Source of the DNA: Mytilus californianus
Taxonomy: Eukaryota
Assembly (NCBI RefSeq): GCF_021869535.1
Contig: NW_026262679.1
Coordinates: forward strand, 96,286,001 to 96,350,000
Direction of reading: 5' to 3'
Length of the DNA: 64,000 bases
In this document: piece after piece, positions 13,413 through 27,034 of the stretch
How the letters are laid out: each line of letters starts with the position of its first letter
Numbering within the stretch: the stretch's first letter is position 1
The notes under the pieces: generated by a model
What the model was told of the DNA's origin: nothing
The model's database searches: none
The model's input: only the letters and a program-made list of their open reading frames with translations
Position numbers and translations under genes: made by a program

Positions 13413-13617
13413 AAATTCAGAAATTATTGCGTGCATTTATTATTGCGATTTTTGAAGAATGAACAAAAATGCAAGATTGATTATTACGATTTCAGGAAAA
13501 GTTTCATGCATATATATGTGTCAGATATCAGAATGTGAGTTCTAAGAATTGCGATATTCACCCAGTCGCATTATTCGCAGTAATAAAAACCTCTCAATAA
13601 TTTCTGAGTTTACAGTA
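13413..13617. mobile_element. Short MITE with TIRs (aaattcagaaattattg / caataatttctgagtttacagta)
   Basis: Imperfect terminal inverted repeats; the right end reads ..ctgagtttacagTA and the left outermost bases are missing. Confidence 0.6.
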
Positions 13618-14399
13618 AATGAAAGTGAAATTATTTAAGGATTTTTCTATATGACTTCTTTCTTGTCTTTAATGAAGTATTGTATAGCTTCGGTTTGATT
13701 GAAACCTGAGGTTTTCTTGTTGAAAAAGGACTAAGAATTTTGCTGCAATTTTATTTCCAAAAAAAGAGGCCCCCCCCCCCCCCCCCCCCCCACAAAAAAA
13801 TAAGCGATGAAAACACAACAAATATAATGTATACATAATACAAACATAATAAGCAGTACATGTCTTCTGCAAGTCTGCAACATTATTTTGCAGATTTTCA
13901 ACCAAGGAAGCCTCTTTTGTTGTCAGTGGCGATCTGGAAAATATTTACCTTAAAGACTGCTGCCTCACGTTTTATTTGTTTTTTTTTTACTTTGAATTAA
14001 TTACTTTTATTTGTCCTAGAACTGATTTTTCCTTCAATACAATATATTCTTTATCTAAGTTATTTCTATTTTTGATTGCCTTCCATTGAAAAGATTTTAA
14101 ACTCAATATATTTTACTAGAGAGATATCGAATACATTTCAATCATTCGTGTTAAAATATCCATTGATAAAAAATCAAACTCTTATTGATGAAACTCATCA
14201 GAGACTGACCGAAGAATTTCTTATGAGTTTAAACTATATATTTTATGGATTTTAATAAAAATTTGACCTCGAGTATCCGATAGAGAGTGTCTGTCATAAA
14301 GTTGTCACATGTTTAGACGTGTATCATAAAATTAAAATTTGATGTGGCAGCATGATAATTAACATTATCATCCTTTACGACATACAAAATAGGTGATCT

Positions 14400-14780
14400 G
14401 TATGGTACACCATCTACTTGCCACTATGCATCATGTACAGTGTTACAACCCTAGATAAAACCAACGAGGAAAGGTATTACATCGACCACCGAAAGCTATA
14501 TTTTAGTGTAGCCTAGGTGGTCAAGTAGTCTAGAGCGCTGGATACGGTGCAGGCGGTGTTGCCACGATGTCACAGAAGCAAGGGTTTGAATCCAACTGAG
14601 GGAAGAACAAACATTTGCTAACGCAAATTTGCAGATTTAACATTGTTGTACTGATATTTAGAGTAGTTATGAATATAATATCTGTTTTCAGCAGTGTATC
14701 ACCATCACTGGTGATCCAATATATGGATCTGTCGTAGAGTTGTCACTTGTTTAGACGTACTTATATATATATATATATCT
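14400..14780 (+). mobile_element. Repeat with tRNA-derived head (one unit of the ~440-bp family at 38505-39046)
   Basis: cctaggtggtcaagtagtctag (A-box-like), ggtttgaatcc (B-box-like), gagggaagaac and agagttgtcact..gacgtacttata all match the reverse complement of 38505-39046. Confidence 0.7.
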
Positions 14781-14850
14781 TTCAAAATTCAAGAATCTAT
14801 CCTAAATTGAGGTAAATTATATGGCCTTCCAAATACCGTTTCGATTTCTA

Positions 14851-14894
14851 ACATCACTGAAGAGACATTAAGTGTCGAAATCCGGATATGGTGT
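14851..14894 (+). ncRNA. Minimal type I hammerhead ribozyme motif
   Basis: Stem I acatca/tggtgt; core CTGAAGA; stem II GACA/TGTC; GAAA; stem III A-U, U-A with palindromic loop CCGG; AUA cleavage triplet. Confidence 0.75.
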
Positions 14895-15320
14895 ACAAAT
14901 TTGTGCACCTCATGTTTGCGGTATACCATCTTCTCCGCAGGTTTATTGTTTTCTGTTTGGTAATAAATTAATGATAAGATCTATTTTGTTACATCTTGTA
15001 GTCCGTTTATTTGGCAATCGCCAATGGCAGTCAGCAGGGTTTAAGAACATCGGTTGTTCGACCTGCTAGTCAAATGCGTTTTGTTAAAATATACTTTTTC
15101 ACTCATTTGGTTTTGGAAAATGTTGTTTGTGCTGTATTTAGATACCTCTACCAAGAAATTTGTTTTGCATGCACGCGTATAAAAATTGCGGTTTTTATCC
15201 AACGCAATCATAGGTGTGAACGTTGTTTTCAATTTAGACTTGTATATATATATATATGTATACACCATACATGAAAACGAATGTTAATAAAATGTAGAGT
15301 CGATAAGGTTAGTTCACTTA

Positions 15321-15618
15321 GGGAGCTACCATTTGATTTTTATAGGGGGGGGGCTAGGATGAAAAATTTTGTCCTGCCTTTTTATTTTTCCCTCTTTTCG
15401 GTCCTGCTTTTTTATTTTTCACTCTATTCAGTCCTGCCTTTTTTTTTTTAGTTTATCCTGACTTTTTTTTACATAAATTGTCATCCTGCCTTTTTTTTTG
15501 CAAATAATCTCATCCTGCCTTTTTTTTTTACTCAAAACTCCTGTCCTGCCTATTTTTTTCAAATTTCATCCTAGCTCCCCCCCCCCCCCCCCCCCATAAT
15601 AATCAAATGGTAGCTCCC
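15321..15618. mobile_element. PIF/Harbinger-type MITE with internal tcctgcc-polyT repeats
   Basis: TIRs gggagctaccatttgatt / aatcaaatggtagctccc; identical 3-bp TSD tta at 15318-20 and 15619-21. Confidence 0.85.
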
Positions 15619-16200
15619 TTATATAGGACGATATGGTATACGAAGAAGGACAATATTCCTATGTTTAATAGCAATAGCTCTTTTCTTAGATAGTACCAAC
15701 AATGTCAGCAGCATTGAAGATACTTTGTCTCTGAATTCCTGCAGCTCTTGTACCTGATAAAAGGACACAATGTTCATTTCCACTTCCATTTTTTTCTCGC
15801 TTAAGTACAAATATCTCAAGTGTATACCAAACTTAAAAGAGAAAGTTTAGAATGTAGTATTTTATCTCATCAGAGATGCAAATGTTGCATTTTCATTTTA
15901 CAAAGAATTCTATATGATATATTTGAAACTAGATTATAAAAAACAAATACCAAACTGTCCAGTGCGTCGTCTGTTAGAAATTATTTATAAAATAAATGAC
16001 GTTTACAAATTTTAAGGTATATAAATAAGATGCACCAGTAGTATCTGATGTTAAAAACTGGGGAAAAAATCACTCAATACAGGCTCCTAACCAGGTACAG
16101 TGGTATAACAGCACAATATTAGAACAAACTATAAAAACGAGCTGTAAAAATCTTGAATCATCAGATCGACACAAAGCCCACAAAAAACAACTAACAAAAC

Positions 16201-16462
16201 GGACGTCGGTGGCCGAGGGGTCTAAGTAGTCCGTCTTCGGTATCACTAGACTATCAATACAGAGGGTATGAGTTCGAACCATCCACGTAGCAGTTGCGTT
16301 CAACTCCAATCTTTATTGACAAAAATTGTCAGTTTTCCCGCCGAAGTTCGATGGTTCATTCCAGGCACTCCGGCTTCTTCTTATAATTCAAACTGACCGC
16401 TGAGATACTGTCAATGGTACTGAAAGTGGCGTTAAACACCAACAAGCAATCAATCAATCAAA
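16201..16462 (+). mobile_element. tRNA-derived SINE (older copy of the 23688-23954 family)
   Basis: ggtggccgag..gg A-box, gagttcgaacc B-box, central ttgtcagttttcc..ggcactccgg domain, (caat)n tail. Confidence 0.8.
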
Positions 16463-18174
16463 ACCAATATTTTTTTAATTAAAAAATCCTATTTCCTAGA
16501 CTAAAATATTGTTCAGTATACGTATCTGTTTTATTAAGTTAAAGATGTCATAAACAGAAAGAGATGATAAATGTAAGAAAATAGAACAACAATTTAGTAA
16601 AATGCTCCACGACAAGCACAAATCCATAAATATGCATGTTGTACTCTCTATACAAATCCAGACTGATTCAAAATGTCAAAATCCCAATCAAAAATAGAAT
16701 GCAATCTGTTAATAGACATATAGGATTATTCGTATGTCTGAAAATTTTAACCGTGGCACGGGTTTCTATTGAACTGACAGACCCATTCGTGCTGGTGACC
16801 GTAAAACTGTCGTAGTGTCGGTTTCAGTTGTTCTTCCACATAAAACTGAATGAGATTTTGTCTTCGGGGCACACCTGTAAATTCTATAGATATGAGATCA
16901 TACAGTCAATGAGAACGAATCACCAAGTGAAAGATCATCATCTGTGTCAATCAAAACGTGTTGCTAATAAATAAAGATTCTACCACAGCATCGTGCATGA
17001 TACGCTATTTTTCCAGTCGAAATAGTCAAATTTGAATATTTACAATTTAACTGTCAAGAGTTGAGAACTATCGTATTGTACGAGATTCAGTGATGCAGTG
17101 ATGCATATGTTCCTCTACTGATTCTAAGACAGAATGTATGCACACTTTAGCTCTTTTTTTAATGATCTGGAAAAAAGATATGTTCTTTTTATGCGACGTC
17201 ACCAGTCATGCTCGCCTTTTTCGTGTCGTCATATTATAACAAATCATTTGCAACTTTGACGTAATAATTGAATTGTGACCAAACAAGAACTGGAATTTTA
17301 AAAAAACGACCACACGTTGATTATATATAAAAAATATCAACCGATCGAGGAAAGTAAAAGATATATTACATGTAAACTTGCATATTTGCATCACATGTGT
17401 AATTACTTTTTGGGGGAAAATCCACTCATTTTAACTCGGTTTCAAATGAAATATATACCACACAATAAATCAGGAGATGTATCAAAATATAGAATTTAAC
17501 ATTCGTTCTATGTTTGCCACAATAGGCTGACAAAAATCACTATTTGCAACGTAATATTTCTTTTCATAAATCGGCACGTCGTGAAACTGACTTAGTATTA
17601 TCACTGCAAATTTGATATTTTGAGATCTAATATTTCTCTCACAGTATTGTATTAAATAGTAGAAAAGTACTCTCTCAAGTTATCATTTACAATCTATACT
17701 CAATCCTCAATTTTTACACAGATGGGTATTAATAGCACTAACAGGATAAGAGTCAGAGAAACACGTCATTTCCTTTAATATACTAGCTGATATAATTTAG
17801 CAGACCGGTGCTTGATTAAAACCTACATGTACACCGGATAAGGTTTGAATAAACAATGGCCGAAACTGAATAGATTAAGAAAGAATTGGAAAACGTGTCT
17901 TTCAATTAATCAATACGCCTTTCCGTTGAATATAGATATATTTTTAGTTTGTTTCATATTAATAAATTCCTTGAAATGTCACGAACTCAATAATTACGGC
18001 GAAAATCAGTAAGATATTTATACTTTTATGAAGCTATTTTCATTTTGATCTTGTTATGGCCCAAGTTCTGTGTTGATATAACTTACATATACTAAAACAT
18101 ATAGTATGACAATGTGAAATATAACACATTTATAAGCACAAAAACTAAGTAATCGTTTACAATTAAGCTTAAAA

Positions 18175-18530
18175 ATTAAAGGATGTGGCATGATTGCAAT
18201 TGAGACAGCTATCCAACAGAGTTAAAATGAAGTGGTAGTAATTATAGGCCACCATACGGCCTTCAACAGTGAGAAAAATCCATACTGTATAATCTGCTAT
18301 AAAAGAACCCGACATAAAAAATGTCAAACAATTCAAACGAGAAAACTATCGGGCTAATTTATAACAAAACAATTTATGAAAAACAAAAATGACCGACATG
18401 AACCAACGACAACCATTGTACTACAGGCTCCTGACCTCGGATAAGCACATGAAGAATGTGGCGGGGTCAAACCTGTTTGTTAGCTCTCTCAATTCTCTTC
18501 GTACCTTGGACAGTGGTGTAACAGCACTAT
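18175..18530 (-). mobile_element. Dispersed retroelement 3'-tail repeat, reverse orientation
   Basis: Reverse complement similar to 11440-11650 and 4690-5075 (gatgtggcatgattgc, aggccaccatacggccttcaac, caggctcctgac). Confidence 0.65.
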
Positions 18531-20194
18531 ATAAGAACAAAATGTTGCAATTGGCTAAACTCAAAAGATCGGTAAGACATAAAAACAACTAACATAAAAA
18601 CAATAGACACAAAGCACCGAAATAAGACTAATCGTAGTTAATGGAAGACCAGTTGATATTATGGGGGAGGGAGGAGAATTTTTTCCGGATTGATCATTTA
18701 TCTTCATCTGATGCTACGCATGCTTATATTTCACTTTGTACACATTTGTATCTCAACTATCCAGCATTTCATGATGCAGAATATTCATTTTCATCCTGTC
18801 AAATGCAAAATCATTCATTTACAGTTCTTACCAGGCCAAGTTATATAACAACTGTATATGTAAAGCGATAAGTTGACTTGTAATGTAGCAGTCACGGAAC
18901 TAAATCGATATCAGATTATATCAAAAAGGCAAACAATGTATATAAAAATAATTTCGTCAAACGCACAAAGAAATATTTTAAATAGCCTTAAATTTAGTAT
19001 CCTTAAAAATAGTAGAAAAGTCTTGAATTTAGAATTTAATTATCTTTATGAACATCTTTATTAAGAACTATACAGATTTATTACTAGTATGTTGTAATAT
19101 TCCTTAATATTTTTTAATACTTTTATTAAGGGTTGATTGAGATTAGGAATATGGTCGCCTGGACATCTCCCATCAACGATAAAACCCATGCTAAGAAGGG
19201 CGTCCTTTTGGCTGTACGGGATGTATAAATTCGTGCAATTTTATATGTATTTTAGGGAAACTTTTGAACAACCCTTAGAGAGGAATGCAGGTAAACTGTT
19301 GCAATGCACAATGTCTGCCCATGTCCAATAAATTACCCAAATTACCGAAATACATATAGAGGAAAACCTACATGTGCAGTTTTTAACAATGACAAGTGCG
19401 GTATACATTACATCATGCTATAAATCATCCAGTGTCCAACCAAGTGAATAAAAACCCGGGAAATTGGTGTGACAGCAAAACATTATAAGAAACTGTAAAA
19501 AATAGTTAAGAAGATTTAACTTAGAAATCGACATAAAGCTCAAAATCAGCAACAAAGTGACAAAACACACAAAGAACAGATCTAAAGCAAAAAAAAAAAA
19601 AAAAAAAAAATCCACATAACATAAATTACTTCATTACGGTTTATACGTTTACCCAGAGACGAATAATTATGTGGTCTATATCAAAAATATTCATGATATC
19701 GATGGAAGAAGTTTAAACCATATATTTCTCTGATCCATGATATAGTCATCCAGACTCAAATAACATGATTACTGACGTCATTTAATCTATGACAACAGGT
19801 AAATTCTATGGAAATACTCAAATTGTTCATGTGATTTTATGTTCTCGCAAGCTCGTTCAATATAAAAAATATACACGAGACAGTATTCGCTAATATTCAT
19901 GCAATACGCCTATATTATGATATCAATTATTGCTTTTTCTTTGTCTTTTAATGAAAATCATTGTAAAGGTTATCAATCTCTCTTTGTAATAAGGTTTTTT
20001 AATATTGTCTGCATTGATACTAGCGTAAAATTAATAGTGTTAAGCCCAATGTATATCATTCCCTTTATAAAAATAAGAAGATGTGGTATGATTTTAATTA
20101 GACAACTCTCCATCGGATGCCAAATGACGTAGAAGGTTAATATGCATATTTTATATTAAAAAGGAAGACGCTTTTTATTATTATATCAATAAAA

Positions 20195-20725
20195 TTGAAA
20201 TAATGGAAACGGGGAATGTGTCAAAGAGACAACAACCCGACCAAAGAACAAAAAGCAGCCCAAGGCCACCAATGGGTCTTCAATACAGCGAGAAAATCCC
20301 GCACCCGGAGGCGGGCTTCAGCTGGCCCCTAAACAATAATGTATACTACTTCAGCGAAAATGGACGTCACACTAAACTCCGAAACATATAAATGAAACAA
20401 AATTTAAAACATATACAAGACTAGCAAAGGCCAGACGTTCCTTACTTGGGATAGGCGCAAAAATTCGGCGGGGTTAAACGTATTTTGAGAGATCTCAACC
20501 CTTTCCTTATACATGTACCTCTAGCCGATGTGGAATAAACAAATACATAGCAATACGCACAGTTTAAAAGAAGTCCGAGTCCGATGTTAGAAAAGATAAC
20601 AGAAGAAACTAAGCAAAATGACAATGATACATAAATTAACAAAGGACTACTAGCAGTTACTGATATGCCAGCTTTAGACCTCAGTTAAACTGGTTTAAAG
20701 ATTATGTCTTCATCATATGAAAATC
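20195..20725 (-). mobile_element. 5'-truncated copy of the Penelope-like 3' UTR at 27718-28245
   Basis: Colinear similarity with 27725-28245, from ggaaa..ggggaatgtgtcaaagagacaacaacccgacc to gattatgtcttcatcatatg. Confidence 0.85.
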
Positions 20726-21489
20726 AATCATTAGTTTACAGATGTTCAAAACTGATGCTTTTGTAAACGTGGTTTGGCGTTTTGGCCACAATCATACCTG
20801 TTTCAAGTGCAATAGAAAAGTTCTACGAATACAGCATCTATTGTTTTTTATTACAATTATAATTGTGTACGCAATTTTGTACGTCTATAAAAGATTCATC
20901 AGTGACGCTCGAATCAAAATTGTAGCTATAAAATCAACTGGACTATGTACAATTTTACATCAAACTTTTTCCAATCCAAACATAAACAAGAAACTTAAAT
21001 AAATATATGTTTTGTTAGGGGTTAAATAAAACAAAATTGATAACTTAAATGTGGAGGCGAACCACTTTGTTTTAAAAGATTCCCACGATCCTATCATCTC
21101 GGACATTTCCTAATACTAAGTGGAAACAGTATATCTTTGACATCCGGCCGCCCATTCACAATTGATCAATGTTATACATATTACCATAATATATTTCAAA
21201 GATAATATACACTTATAGTCTCTAAATGAAAAAATCGTGTTTATAAACAGAAGATGTTTTTACTCCGGAAACGGTAACACTCACGAATACAATTTTGGAA
21301 ATTTTAGAGGCAAATGAAATTAACTTGAAGGAAAACAATTACTGACCAGATATAAAAGCGTTGTTATGTAGGCGCGTTCTTGAAAGAGTTGTTATTTTTT
21401 TCGTAAAATTTACATGAGAATTCCAGCAAACTGGTGTGTGTTATGTGTTGATAATCCCTAAAATTTCATGTCCAGAATGTAGACTTTTG

Positions 21490-21497
21490 TATAAATA
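21490..21497 (+). promoter_or_regulatory. TATA box of CK1 (TATAAATA)
   Basis: 69 bp upstream of the exon-1 ATG; equivalent TATAAAA boxes lie 82 bp upstream of the distal ATGs of CK2 and CK3. Confidence 0.6.
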
Positions 21498-21558
21498 CTG
21501 TTCCATAAACCTTCACCTGAATCAATTGTATAAGTCAGTCGATAGAATAGTTCTAACA

Positions 21559-21567
21559 ATGAAGCCA
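21559..21567 (+). CDS. CK1 exon 1 (M-K-P micro-exon) of putative secreted four-helix cytokine-like protein
   Basis: ATG AAG CCA|gtaagtgtcg; the same 3-codon exon and donor context occur at 40713, 41426, 61789 and 61156; phase 0 into exon 2 completes a signal peptide. Confidence 0.75.
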
Positions 21568-23687
21568 GTAAGTGTCGTTTATATGTTTATCCATATTAAT
21601 TCATTTTTTTTTTTAAATACTATATTCCGATCAGAAACTGAACTACATATTATTTGATTTTATTTATTTGGCACCTTACCTTCATATTTCCTTATGGAAA
21701 AGAAATATTTAAAATCCATGAATAACGATTAAGTAGTAACCAAAATTTGTCACAGTAGCAACCAAAGTATGTTTTGTCCTTTAATTCATTGCATACTATA
21801 TTTACAATATCACGGAAGAAAGATATGGATCGCTAACACATTGAAATATACAAATTATTTGTTTGATGCCACATTTTCAAGAACTACGAAGATGAATAGT
21901 CTATAAATGTGTTCTCTTTTTTATGCAACACAAGAAGCAATATCGGTATAATTGATCATTCTGTCAATCGGAAGGTTGGTTTAGATAGTTGTATATCTCC
22001 AAAATCTAGTTATCTAACTACTTAAATTAAGCATGTTGCTTTAATGAAATTTTAGTCCGTTCTCTCTGTTAAACTGATATTAAGTTTAACTAAGACGACA
22101 ATATATTACCGATGTTCAAATCGCATAAACTGCAAAAGGAGCGGGTGCGTCGACATGCTAAACATGCATCACCTGCCATGCGTACATAATGTGTGGATTG
22201 CTTTTGATTTCATTTCCATATGTATTTTTTCTTGTAACGCTCAAAACCAAACGTCGGAATTATTAAATATTTGGAGCTGTACCATATACGGTACAGCCGG
22301 GAGGGGCGTAAACACAAAATCCCTCAATTTCCATAAAGGAGTTTTAGTCTCAGTTTTAATATTTACAAAGACATTGCGATTGTTTGATAATATTGTTCGT
22401 CTTTAAGGAAACAACCATTCAGCCTTGCGATAAGTATTTCTATGGGGACAAACTGTACTATAATTGCAGTGACCATTCCAGATTTCTTTGTTAATTCATC
22501 GACCACAACTCATTTTTGCTAAATTAAACATTGGTAAAGACCAGGGTCCTTCAGGCCTCTATACAAGATTTTTACATCGCAATATTCATTTAACATATGT
22601 GAAAACCATGACGAATTTTCTCATATCTTAAAGATACGTAATACTTTTTTATCATTACTATAAAACTTTTAAAGCAGGGATATATGTATCTGTGCAGCAT
22701 TGCTCAATATTCTCTTTAATTGTACCACAGTTATATGTGTACATATTTACCACTGGAGCATGGTTCCACCTTCAGGAATTAAATACAAATGTGGTTTTTT
22801 TTTTACATCAGAATTTTATGGTTATATTATTTATAGAAATAACAAAATTGTGATTGTTTTTACTTCTTAATTTTCAGCTCAATAGAATTATTGATAAAGA
22901 TTATAAGCCACTGTCTAACGCTGCGTCTTGTATTTTTGGAATAAACATCAAGCCTCTATTTTACGGTTTGAAACCATACTGAAATGTTTTAATTTTTGTT
23001 TTTTTGAATTGACATTTTGTACAGTTATTTCAAAGCATTGCACAATGTTCTCTTTAAATATTTCTATTTAACAAGGAAACTCGGTACAAAAATTAACAAT
23101 AGATGTTTCCATTTTTTAAATTCTGACATTAGGGTAATGATGTTCTTATGTCCGTTTTACGTTGTGTACATTTTCGAACTATAGTTCTCTATATACCCAT
23201 TCCTATACTGACGTCTTTTGTATATATTTGAATACATAATTAAAATTTTACAAAGTTCTTTCATATGTTCAAATATTTACTATTACTGTAGATCTTTATT
23301 CTTACAGTTATTCCATCTATAATAACAATATGTATAATATCGTAAATTTAATACGTTTAGTACAAAACTTTTCTCGTGAATATTCTTACATTTTATCAAT
23401 TAAATAGCGTAATAAGTTCGTTGAGTTATTGTCTTTATCGATACTATGTATCTTTGAAAAAAATGTATAGGTCTTTGTGCTTTTAGATTAAAATTGATGC
23501 TTTAGAATATATGAAGATTATTTATTAAGCACATCAAAATTTGAATGACATTTTTTTCCATATTGGAATTTTGTGCAACCTACGTAAAAAAAAGAAGAAG
23601 AAGACACCAAAAGGATTATGAGAAATCATCAAGTCTGTTAAGATTAAAATGATAATTCACAAGGAAGATTCTAACATATAATGTTTA

Positions 23688-23954
23688 ATTTGATTTGATT
23701 TGATTTTTGGTGTTTTAACGCCACTTTTAAGCCCCGCTTTTTGGGCTATTTCGTGGCGGCCAGTTTGTATTAGTGGAGGAAACCGGAGTGCCCGGAGAAA
23801 ACCACCGACCTTCGAAAGGAAAACTGACAATCCTAGTCAATTAAGATTGGAGTCAAGTGCACCCGCACGAGCGGGGTTCGAACTCACAACCTCAGTGTTG
23901 ACTGGCTTGTGCTTACAGTAGTAACTACTTAGACCACTCGGCCACCGAGGCCCC
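23688..23954 (-). mobile_element. tRNA-derived SINE (V/Meta-type central domain) in CK1 intron 1
   Basis: Minus strand: GGGGCCTCGGTGGCCGAGTGG (A-box), GAGTTCGAACCCC (B-box), GGTTTTCTCCGGGCACTCCGGTTTCCTCC, (AAATC)n tail. Confidence 0.9.
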
Positions 23955-24245
23955 TATAATGTATAACCATTAATATTTATTCATGTACCAACAGTGTGTC
24001 TTATCTTCTGTTTTGTGTATCGACAATGAAATTACCCAGAATTATTGCTAAAAAAGGCAAATTTTCTACTAACTTTATTGTTTCCTACTCCATTGAAGCA
24101 TGGGGTTATGGAAATCTTTTTGATTTGGAAGAAACGAGCGATGTTTATTGCTATTAATTTATTTTGATCATTTTTACGATTGTCTCATATTCAAATTAAT
24201 TGATAAATTACACCCTTTTTATCACATATATCTTTTATTTTCCAG

Positions 24246-24413
24246 ACCTTCCTTATTTCGATTTTGTTTTTTGGATATTATATACGGACATCATGCGCAC
24301 TGCCTATTCCGTGCAGTAATTATAATTCGCCTGAAAACTACGTGAGATTACTGATACTTGAAAGGATATATTCCAATGTACAGCATTTAACAGAATCTTT
24401 AAAAGTAAAAACA
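24246..24413 (+). CDS. CK1 exon 2 (signal peptide + predicted helix A)
   Basis: ttttattttccag| TFLISILFFGYYIRTSCALPIPCSNYNSPENYVRLLILERIYSNVQHLTESLKVKT |gtaagt; 168 nt, the same length as in CK2/CK3; SPENY-RL-ILER and ESLK conserved. Not in the ORF track. Confidence 0.9.
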
Positions 24414-25196
24414 GTAAGTAAATAAAATGGCATTGATGAATTGTGGCATTCAAACTGCTGAATGTAATGCATAGAAACAAAACATGCATGTGTTAAAGTT
24501 TTCAAGACGTATGAAAATTTAAAAAAAAATCAATAAAAGAGAGCAAATATTACACAAATCGATTAATAACCTATCAAATGAGTTGCGATTAGTTTCCTCC
24601 CTTTCGCTATGGAATCAAAAGTTAGTCTAGCTTTACTAATCTAGCAATTATCCTTGTGACCATTGTTTTTGAATCTGTTTGAATATTGCTATGATACGTT
24701 CAGACACCTTATTAACAAGGAAACAGAGTAAAACTTACACAACAATTTTATCTAGTAAAATCTATTTTACCCTTCCCCTAAATGAAACTATAAAAAGAAA
24801 CACATGTTAACTATGTCTTGCAATTTAATGAACCAAATATAAGCTCTTATCATACATCTTTCTTTAAAGGGTCAGAATCAAGTTACTGAGCAATTGTATT
24901 ACTGTAACATTTGAGTACATTTCAATCGACTCAGTGTTATGAATTGAGTGTATTGAAATTTGTTCATAACTGAAAAATGGTTAACGTCAACGTTTTTGGT
25001 TATTTTTTTTTAAATCTCAAGTTTTAAACCTGAGTTAGAAAATGCAACAGTAGTTTTGTGCTAACATTAGTATAAACATTTTAAGATTTAAAAACACTGC
25101 GATCGTATTTAGTAAATATAAGTAATATCTCTATTGATTTTTATTTAATTTTCAGTTTTTAAGTTAAATAAAATCGTTATGAAAAATATTTTTCAG

Positions 25197-25301
25197 GGTG
25201 CATTAATTTCAGCCGAGCGTAAACAACAATTTGACGCTGCACTTCATGTAACTGGATTCCCTAACATATCATCTAGTGCAAACTGCTCTGTCTGTAATCA
25301 G
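25197..25301 (+). CDS. CK1 exon 3 (predicted A-B loop)
   Basis: tttttcag| GALISAERKQQFDAALHVTGFPNISSSANCSVCNQ |gtatgt; 105 nt, 21/35 identical to CK2 exon 3. Confidence 0.9.
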
Positions 25302-25400
25302 GTATGTAATTAATTATATTAAGAGTCATTTGTAGCATTTAGTATGAAATAATAACGGAGTTATGTATTCTTTTCAAGAACAGATATTTCGGTATATAAC

Positions 25401-25546
25401 CCTATTTCTGACACATGAGAGTGCAAATGCGATGACGGTTATTGATAATCTTATTTGTGACACATGAGAGTACAAATACTATGACGGTTATTGATAACCT
25501 CATTTCTGACACATGAGAGCAAATGGGGGATGTCGGTTATTGATAA
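25401..25546. repeat. ~48-bp tandem repeat x3 in CK1 intron 3
   Basis: Unit ctatttctgacacatgagagtgcaaatgcgatgacggttattgataat, repeated with substitutions. Confidence 0.9.
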
Positions 25547-26704
25547 ATATAAAAAATAACTTGAGCTTTTGTTATTTGATTGTCGTTGCTTGATTAACGT
25601 CAAGCGATCAATGTCATGTATATTCAAGACGAGATCAAGGAAACAAAAAAAAAACAATAGATAGGTTATTAGATGTAGGTCGACTAAGATGAGAGGCGTG
25701 AAATTTATTTCTGTCATGGCAAAATAAGAATATTGGATAGCTGTTATGTGCATATTGGATTTTACTCGAAATAAGTGGTTGGTATGGCGAACAAATATTT
25801 TTGTTAATTAAATCCGCGTCATTCCGGTTGAAAGCGACTGTTTCAAATCGGGATGACAAGTCATTTGTGATTTATGCCAACTGTTTATCTTTTAGGTAAT
25901 TTCAAGATTATCAATTATAATTGTGGCCAGCAGTGTTTATATATATGTTACTGCCATGTGAATTGAACTTCACCGCGTTTTATATTCCAGTTCACAAATC
26001 ATTTGAATGATGTATAAATAAAATAAATAAGTCGTGTGTTAAGTAATGTTTGAAATTTCGAATAAAAAGCAGCGCGACTTCCAAACTATTTCTTATTTGA
26101 AAAAAATTAACAAAGAATTGTGAAAACGTAAAATCATAATTTAGATGAAAATTTAACCATGTTTTTAAAACACATTATGCAATTTTTGTATGATTTTGCT
26201 TTAGTGTGTTATATCGATAATATGAACAGCCTCTTCTATATTTTGTACGAAGTAACATGTCAGGCATTCTTTAATTTTCTATATTACTGTTTCCAACTCA
26301 GTTCCTCCTCTTTCCTTGAACTAATTCTACTACCAATCTGCTATCTACTGGCAATTCACATAGTTTTTTCAAGCAATATTTCAATATGCTATCTCTTGGT
26401 TATTTCCTACAGAAAATAAAACGTTATTCTGTCAGAAACGTTCAAGTACATTGAAATGCATCAAAACGATATTTATATTTGGTTTAGATTAACAAATATA
26501 TCAAGCCCAACTCATTTTCAAACATAACATAAAATTTCTTGAAAACTGTCTTGTTAACCATGAATTGATTATTTAGAAATAGTATGCAAACTATATAACA
26601 GAGTAAAACAAATGTTTAATACTTAGTTCAACTATTTATAAACGATGCTGTTAAAATTTTCCTTATTTCTATTTCATGCAATTCAAATTTTCTTATTATT
26701 GCAG

Positions 26705-26974
26705 ACAAAATGTTTTGAAGAGGACCGTAAACCACTAGAAAATTTGATGAGGTTTATAAACAGATATATGTCTTCAAGTTATTCTACAGAAATTGTGAGC
26801 ATTACAGCCGAGTTATCTGTAATTCGGGGACTTATGGGTGGCGATGTACTAAATCTATTAGATATATTTCAAATAAAGGATTTCAAGCAGAACAAGGATA
26901 CCGATTACCTTATTGCAAAGGATACTGTTGAATTTATCAATAAAGTTAAAAAGCGCTACGAAACACGTGTTTAA
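26705..26974 (+). CDS. CK1 exon 4 (predicted helices B, C, D); full protein 183 aa
   Basis: ttattattgcag| TKCFEEDRKPLENLMRFINRYMSSSYSTEIVSITAELSVIRGLMGGDVLNLLDIFQIKDFKQNKDTDYLIAKDTVEFINKVKKRYETRV*; clear paralogue of 43432-43695. Confidence 0.9.
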   Translation, partial: TKCFEEDRKPLENLMRFINRYMSSSYSTEIVSITAELSVIRGLMGGDVLNLLDIFQIKDFKQNKDTDYLIAKDTVEFINKVKKRYETRV

Positions 26975-26991
26975 AGTATCACGAGTTTTTT

Positions 26992-27034
26992 CCTATAAGT
27001 ATTATGGGTAACTAAACATGTTCAGTATCTGAAC
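26992..27034 (+). promoter_or_regulatory. Twin 3' UTR triloop hairpins of CK1 (CDE-like)
   Basis: cctataa-gta-ttatggg (26992-27008) and gttcag-tat-ctgaac (27020-27034), conserved at 43706-43748; AATAAA at 27148-27153. Confidence 0.7.

Noticed and set aside
15688-15744. Possible 57-nt minus-strand exon after ccttttatcag
   Set aside because: Weak donor (gtacta), no recognisable peptide in any frame, no partner exons.
23860-23954. tRNA-like sequences (also 16201-16290, 14510-14600, 38590-38690)
   Set aside because: A/B boxes are present but there is no closed cloverleaf or clear anticodon arm; each is fused to a SINE-type body.
26645-26704. ORF-track start MLLKFSLFLFHAIQIFLLLQ looks like a signal peptide for a single-exon 109-aa gene
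   Set aside because: It is the translation of the T-rich polypyrimidine tract ending in tgcag. It is not conserved in CK2, and the real signal peptide is in exons 1-2.
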